A DNA stretch of 63,639 bases, the filler included, from Atractiella rhizophila (Eukaryota), in NCBI GenBank assembly GCA_021432655.1. It is 14 parts of 14 records of this genome, joined end to end, with 100 filler letters (N's around TTAATTAATTAA, not from the genome) between each part and the next. Parts side by side here need not be neighbours in the genome. Positions count along the whole stretch, not along the records: positions 59,271 to 63,639 come from MU272465.1; 13 more parts are not named here. One strand, written 5' to 3'. Of this stretch, positions 59,271 to 63,639 are shown piece after piece (position 1 is the stretch's first letter; each line of letters opens with the position of its first letter). A program made the translations under genes and the position numbers. The notes beneath the pieces were generated by a model that had not been told where the DNA came from, made no database searches, and was given only the letters and a program-made list of their open reading frames with translations.

Positions 59271-59467
59271 CTGGATCCCAGCGAAGTGTAAGATGGTGGA
59301 AAAACCGCTGGGGATCCAGGTGTCCGAGGGACAAACAAAAACACACCAGTCACGTGCTAGTCACGTGACTGTGGCTAACATGGAAGAAGGAAAGAAAGAC
59401 AGGGAGAGACTAGGATATGCGAAGTGGGCTGAGGGACAATGAGCGTCCAGCTCTCACACCCCCCCTC
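59271..59467 (-). mobile_element. Polypurine tract and partial 3' LTR of the copia element
   Basis: Minus-strand GAGGGGGGG (59467-59459) directly precedes TGTGAGAG at 59458. The LTR is cut by the scaffold edge. Confidence 0.85.
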
Positions 59468-59638
59468 GCTCAGCGCACAAAGCAGAATGAAAACAAGAGA
59501 AATGAAACATGGAATGATAAACCGAGAAATTCGGAAGGAAAAAAAATTATTAAAAGACGATAAAACAAAAACGAATGAATCGAAAAGAAATTATAGACCG
59601 AAACCCAATCTCTCTTCAAAAACAAAACAACCAAACTC

Positions 59639-62600
59639 TTATCCAGTAATCAGACCCATCTCAGAGCACAATGTCCAATGTTGCAGGTGGGCTAGTCCTT
59701 TTGTCATCACGTCCGCGACCATCTGGTTTGTAGGAATCCATTTGAGGACTATCTGACCGTCTGCGACACGCTCACGAGTGAAGTGATAATGTACTCCGAC
59801 ATGTTTCGTACGACCATGGTTAGTGGGATGCTTAGCAAGTGTTAACGCACCTTGATTATCACCTCGAATCAATGTGGGGGACGTTTGAGGAAAACCTAAA
59901 TCATTCATCAACTGTCTAAGCCAAACAGCCTCCCTTGCAGCAGTAGACAAGGCAATATACTCAGCCTCCGTGGATGATATTGCCACCGTCGGCTGCATCT
60001 TTGATATCCATGAAACTGCTGATCTACCCAACCGAAAAACAACGCCAGATATCGAACGGCGCGTATCCACGTCAGATGCATGGTCCGAATCGGAGTAACC
60101 GTCAACGGTTGTCGAACCCATTGCGTCCCAAACAAGTTTGAAGTGTTGTGTGCCGTTCAGGTACCGGAATATGCGTTGCACCTGTGACCAGTGTCTTTTC
60201 CCGGGGTTAGCACAAAATCTAGCAGCTCTGTTGACTGCAAACGCTATATCTGGGCGAGTGTTTACCGCTGCAAAAATGAGTGCCCCAACTGCTTCACGGT
60301 AGGGTATGCGCTTCATGTAGTTGTGCTCCTCTTCCGTCGATGGTGCCCATTCCTTGGTGACTTTGTCGTCGATGTCACAAGGAGTCTTCACAGGTCTAGA
60401 ATCCCCCATCATGTACTTTTCAATACACTTACGTACGTAGCTCTCCTGATCGAGAGTAACTCTGCTGTTCTCCTCATCCCATTCTATGCGCATCCCAAGA
60501 AAATTGGAAACCGGAGAAGTGGTAATCTTGAATCGTGATCGCAGTAACGTGAACAATCGTTCGATGAGCTGGTGTGAAGACGCCGCAACCAGACCATCAT
60601 CAACGTGTAAACAGATAATCGTGAGTTCCTGTGAAAGATCAGTACCCTCACGCTTAACGTACACACCATGATCAGCGTTTGTACGAACGTAACCATTGTC
60701 TATGAGAAAAGAATGGAAGGTATCATACCAGCCCTTTCCAGCTTGACGAAGGCCATAAAGTGTCTTTCTGAGCCGAAATACCTTTTTAGGGTCGCTAGGA
60801 TCAACAAAACCCTGTGGCTGACGCAGATATACCTCTTCGTCCAGCGTACCGTTCAGGAATGCGTTTCCGATGTCGAACTGTGCAAGTTTAAGTCGTTCCG
60901 TGGCTGCTATCGATAACGTGCTCCGTAATGAGGACATTCGGACCGTAGGGGCAAATGTCTCGGTGAAATCTATACCCTCCCTCTGCCGGTCACCTCTGGC
61001 TACAAGTCTAGCCTTGTATTTTATCACATTACCATCCAAATCGCGTTTGATGAGAAGGACCCATTTGCAGTCAATCGCACGCTTGCCCACAGGCAACTCT
61101 ACCAAGCGTTCTTCCCACGTCCCCATCGCTTGCAGCGCAGATATCTCAGCCAATATCGCCGCCCACCATTTATCGGCGTCTGGACCTTGGAGAGCTTGAC
61201 GGAAGGATGGTTCGTCTATATTCCCATTCCAGTTAACCCCAACGGCATATACTTCCCATTTCCTCTGGGGTTCAGGGTACCCCACGCTCACAGCCTGCCC
61301 AGATCTACACATCTCACGATTCATAGTGGCAGCAGCCACAGAAGGAATGTAGTCCTTTGGTCCTACCCAAATATGAGAGTTGGCGTATAAAGATGATGTC
61401 TGAGCCTGTAGAGTAGTCGAGGAGTGTTCTGTGGGATCAGGAAACGCTTGCGTGCGTAGAATCGGTGGTGACGGAATGCGTAAGTTTCCTCGTTGCTTAC
61501 CTGTATGTAGCACCTTGTAATCACGTCTAGGAACATTACGTCGAGGTCTTGCAGAAGGAGGAGGATAGGGGCGAGGAACGAAATCATTTACCACTTGTCT
61601 GCGGTAGCGGCTCTGTATCATTTCAGATGCGCTGCCATCGCCCTCCAGACCATTCTCCTTTCCAGTAACATCACCCCCAATGTCAGGGTTGACCGCGTCA
61701 AAAGGAGGCGTAGTAGTATCGGTAGTAGAGGTCGGTTCAGGAAAGGATATATCTGGTGGTTGTAGGATAGCGGAAGGTTCTGGTATGCTCACAGTCACAT
61801 TATCAGCCAAGGCATCAAACTCAGAGGGCATAAAATCGTTCGTGGTCCACTTAGCCAAAACCCGTGTCTCCTCCTCCGTCCTATCCTTGTAAAACTGATC
61901 CTCAAACCAGCGTACCTCCTTCGATTGGACGAAACGACGCTCCTTCGGCAACCAAAACAGCCAGCCCTTCGATCCTTCGAGGTATCCAACGAAGTAACCA
62001 ATGGCGCCACGTGGGTCTAGCTTTGACCTTTGCCTTTCGACAGGGATATGGATGACAGCCAGGCAACCAAAAGTACGTAGGTGTGAGATATCCGGCATCG
62101 ATCCCGACCACAATGCCTCCGGGCATTTCCAAGTCCCATGAGAAAATGTAGGTAAACGATTCAAAGTGTAAACTGCAAATTGGACTGCTTTTTCCCAGAA
62201 AGATAATGGTAAACCAGATTCAAAGAGGATAGTGCGTGCCACGTCAAAAAGAGTATACCAACGACGTTCAATGAAACCCATTTGGTTGTGAATATAAGGA
62301 ATGGATGTTTGATGTGTAATACCATGCGAACGAACAAAATCCTGAAAATGAACAGATTTGAACTCACCCCCATTGTCGCTTCGAATAACCTTCACTTTAA
62401 TGCCTACACGTCGCTCAGACTGGCGTATCCATTCCTTCAGCGCCCCAGCTGCATCTGACTTCGCATGCAGGGGAATCCACCACATCTTAGCGGTGGCATC
62501 ATCGATAATCCCAAGTCCGTATCTCTCACCGGTCTGCAACGCAGAGACCGGGGCAGGACCCCACAGGTCACAATCAACTCGTTCACCCTTGGTGTTCGAG

Positions 62601-63639
62601 GAAGACATTGTGGTTACTCGATTCGGTCGAGCTTTCGATTTTCCGGCGGCACAGGCAACACACGGAGGTAACGAGGTCGCATTGCAATCGAAACCCGACA
62701 CCCAATCCCCGTTACAAAGCTCTTTCCACCTCTTCGAACCTATATGGCCCAAACGTGCGTGCCAGGTTTGAGGAGTCGTAACTGCAAAGGCAGACGTGTG
62801 AGACAGAGCATTGGAAGCCTTCGCAGGCCGGGAAGGGGCACTCGCCTCCAATTCAATTTGTCCTACGCCAAAAACCGCTCTTCCAAAGTGCGCGCCAGCC
62901 TCGCGACGGAAGAACATGTTGCGGCGGTCATTGGTGAACTTGATCCCACGTTTCATGAGGGCGAGTTGGGAGATCAAGTTGACACCGAGACCTGGTACGT
63001 AGAATCCCGTTCCAAAATCCGCTTCAGATATGACCCTGCCGGACCGGTCTTCAAATAATGGTTTGACCCGTCCGACGTGCGTTGCGAATCCGCCGCTGCC
63101 AAAAGCACCACCAACAAATATCGGAGGAGTGAGAGGTTGCATGTCGGTAAATAACTCTGGGGAACCGGACATGTGGACGGATGCGGCAGAGTCAAGGAAT
63201 GTTGATACGGGGACGGTTTCCATTCCGGGGATATCACGGGAGAGGAAGCGGAAGGCGCCATCAGGGATAATAGCGTCATAAGTTGTGAACGGTGAGTTGG
63301 AGGAAGTCGAATGTGAATTGGGAAGAGTATGAAAAGCCGAAGGAGGAGTGGACATCGCAGCTTGAGCATTTGTGGCGACATGAACAGGAAGGTTCAGGTC
63401 AACAACGCAAGAAGGAGATTGTAAAGCCATGAGTAGATCAGAAGTCAAAGAAAAAGGCTGAAACGTTTGAGAATATAAAGCCACATCAAATTGAGGGAGA
63501 GACAGAAGATAATCGATATTAGAAAGATGGTCAAGAGAAGATTTCGAAATTTTCTGATTTGAGCAAGTAAATGGTGAAGTAACGAATGCAGAAGGTCGAT
63601 GAGAAGGGGATAAAACTGAATCGGAGGGCATAGGGTCGT
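59639..63639 (-). mobile_element. Ty1/copia retrotransposon pol (PR-IN-RT-RH), uninterrupted, 5' truncated
   Basis: 1330-aa ORF with LDSAASVHM, WHARLGH..CVAC, DLWGP/IIDD/SDNGGEF/IERRW, YKARLVARG, LYGLRQAG, LHVDD, YSDSDHA, TEAEY, DNQGA and ADVMTK. Confidence 0.97.

Noticed and set aside
46956..63639. Silencing gene clr2 located next to transposons as a defence island
   Set aside because: The elements are on different scaffolds, so the adjacency is artificial.

Overview
Eukaryotic DNA from an intron-rich fungus (short GT-AG introns, mostly ~45-60 nt). The gene content points to a basidiomycete, which is an inference. The window is not one locus. It is 14 unrelated small scaffolds of steadily decreasing length (4507 to 4369 bp), joined by 13 artificial 100-bp linkers (N44-TTAATTAATTAA-N44), so gene neighbourhood only means something within a scaffold. 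Conserved genes, many truncated at scaffold edges: glutaryl-CoA dehydrogenase, COG4, an SLC35F6-like transporter, an F-box/LRR protein, a peroxisomal adenine-nucleotide carrier, 3-ketoacyl-CoA thiolase, tRNA-Lys(TTT), a hotdog thioesterase ending in SKL, Ham1 ITPase, a fungal TF-domain protein, a METTL25/RRNAD1-like methyltransferase, a type-B carboxylesterase, a Clr2-like silencing protein, a beta-flanking-like protein and a class-3 (DAG) lipase. Mobile DNA: an apparently intact >1,300-aa P-element/THAP9-like transposase, an intact Ty1/copia pol with PPT and 3' LTR, decayed copia copies, a 190-bp LTR family with PBS, a decayed rve-type DDE transposase, a gag-like zinc-knuckle ORF and a transposase fragment. 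Most worth a second look: the P-like transposase; a head-to-head pair of paralogous degenerate-RRM genes; a peroxisomal carrier/thiolase/thioesterase trio; a secreted protein with an unassigned Cys-rich module plus three CBM1 domains; and an HhH-like ORF beside a transposase. All calls come from manual motif recognition, with no database search.
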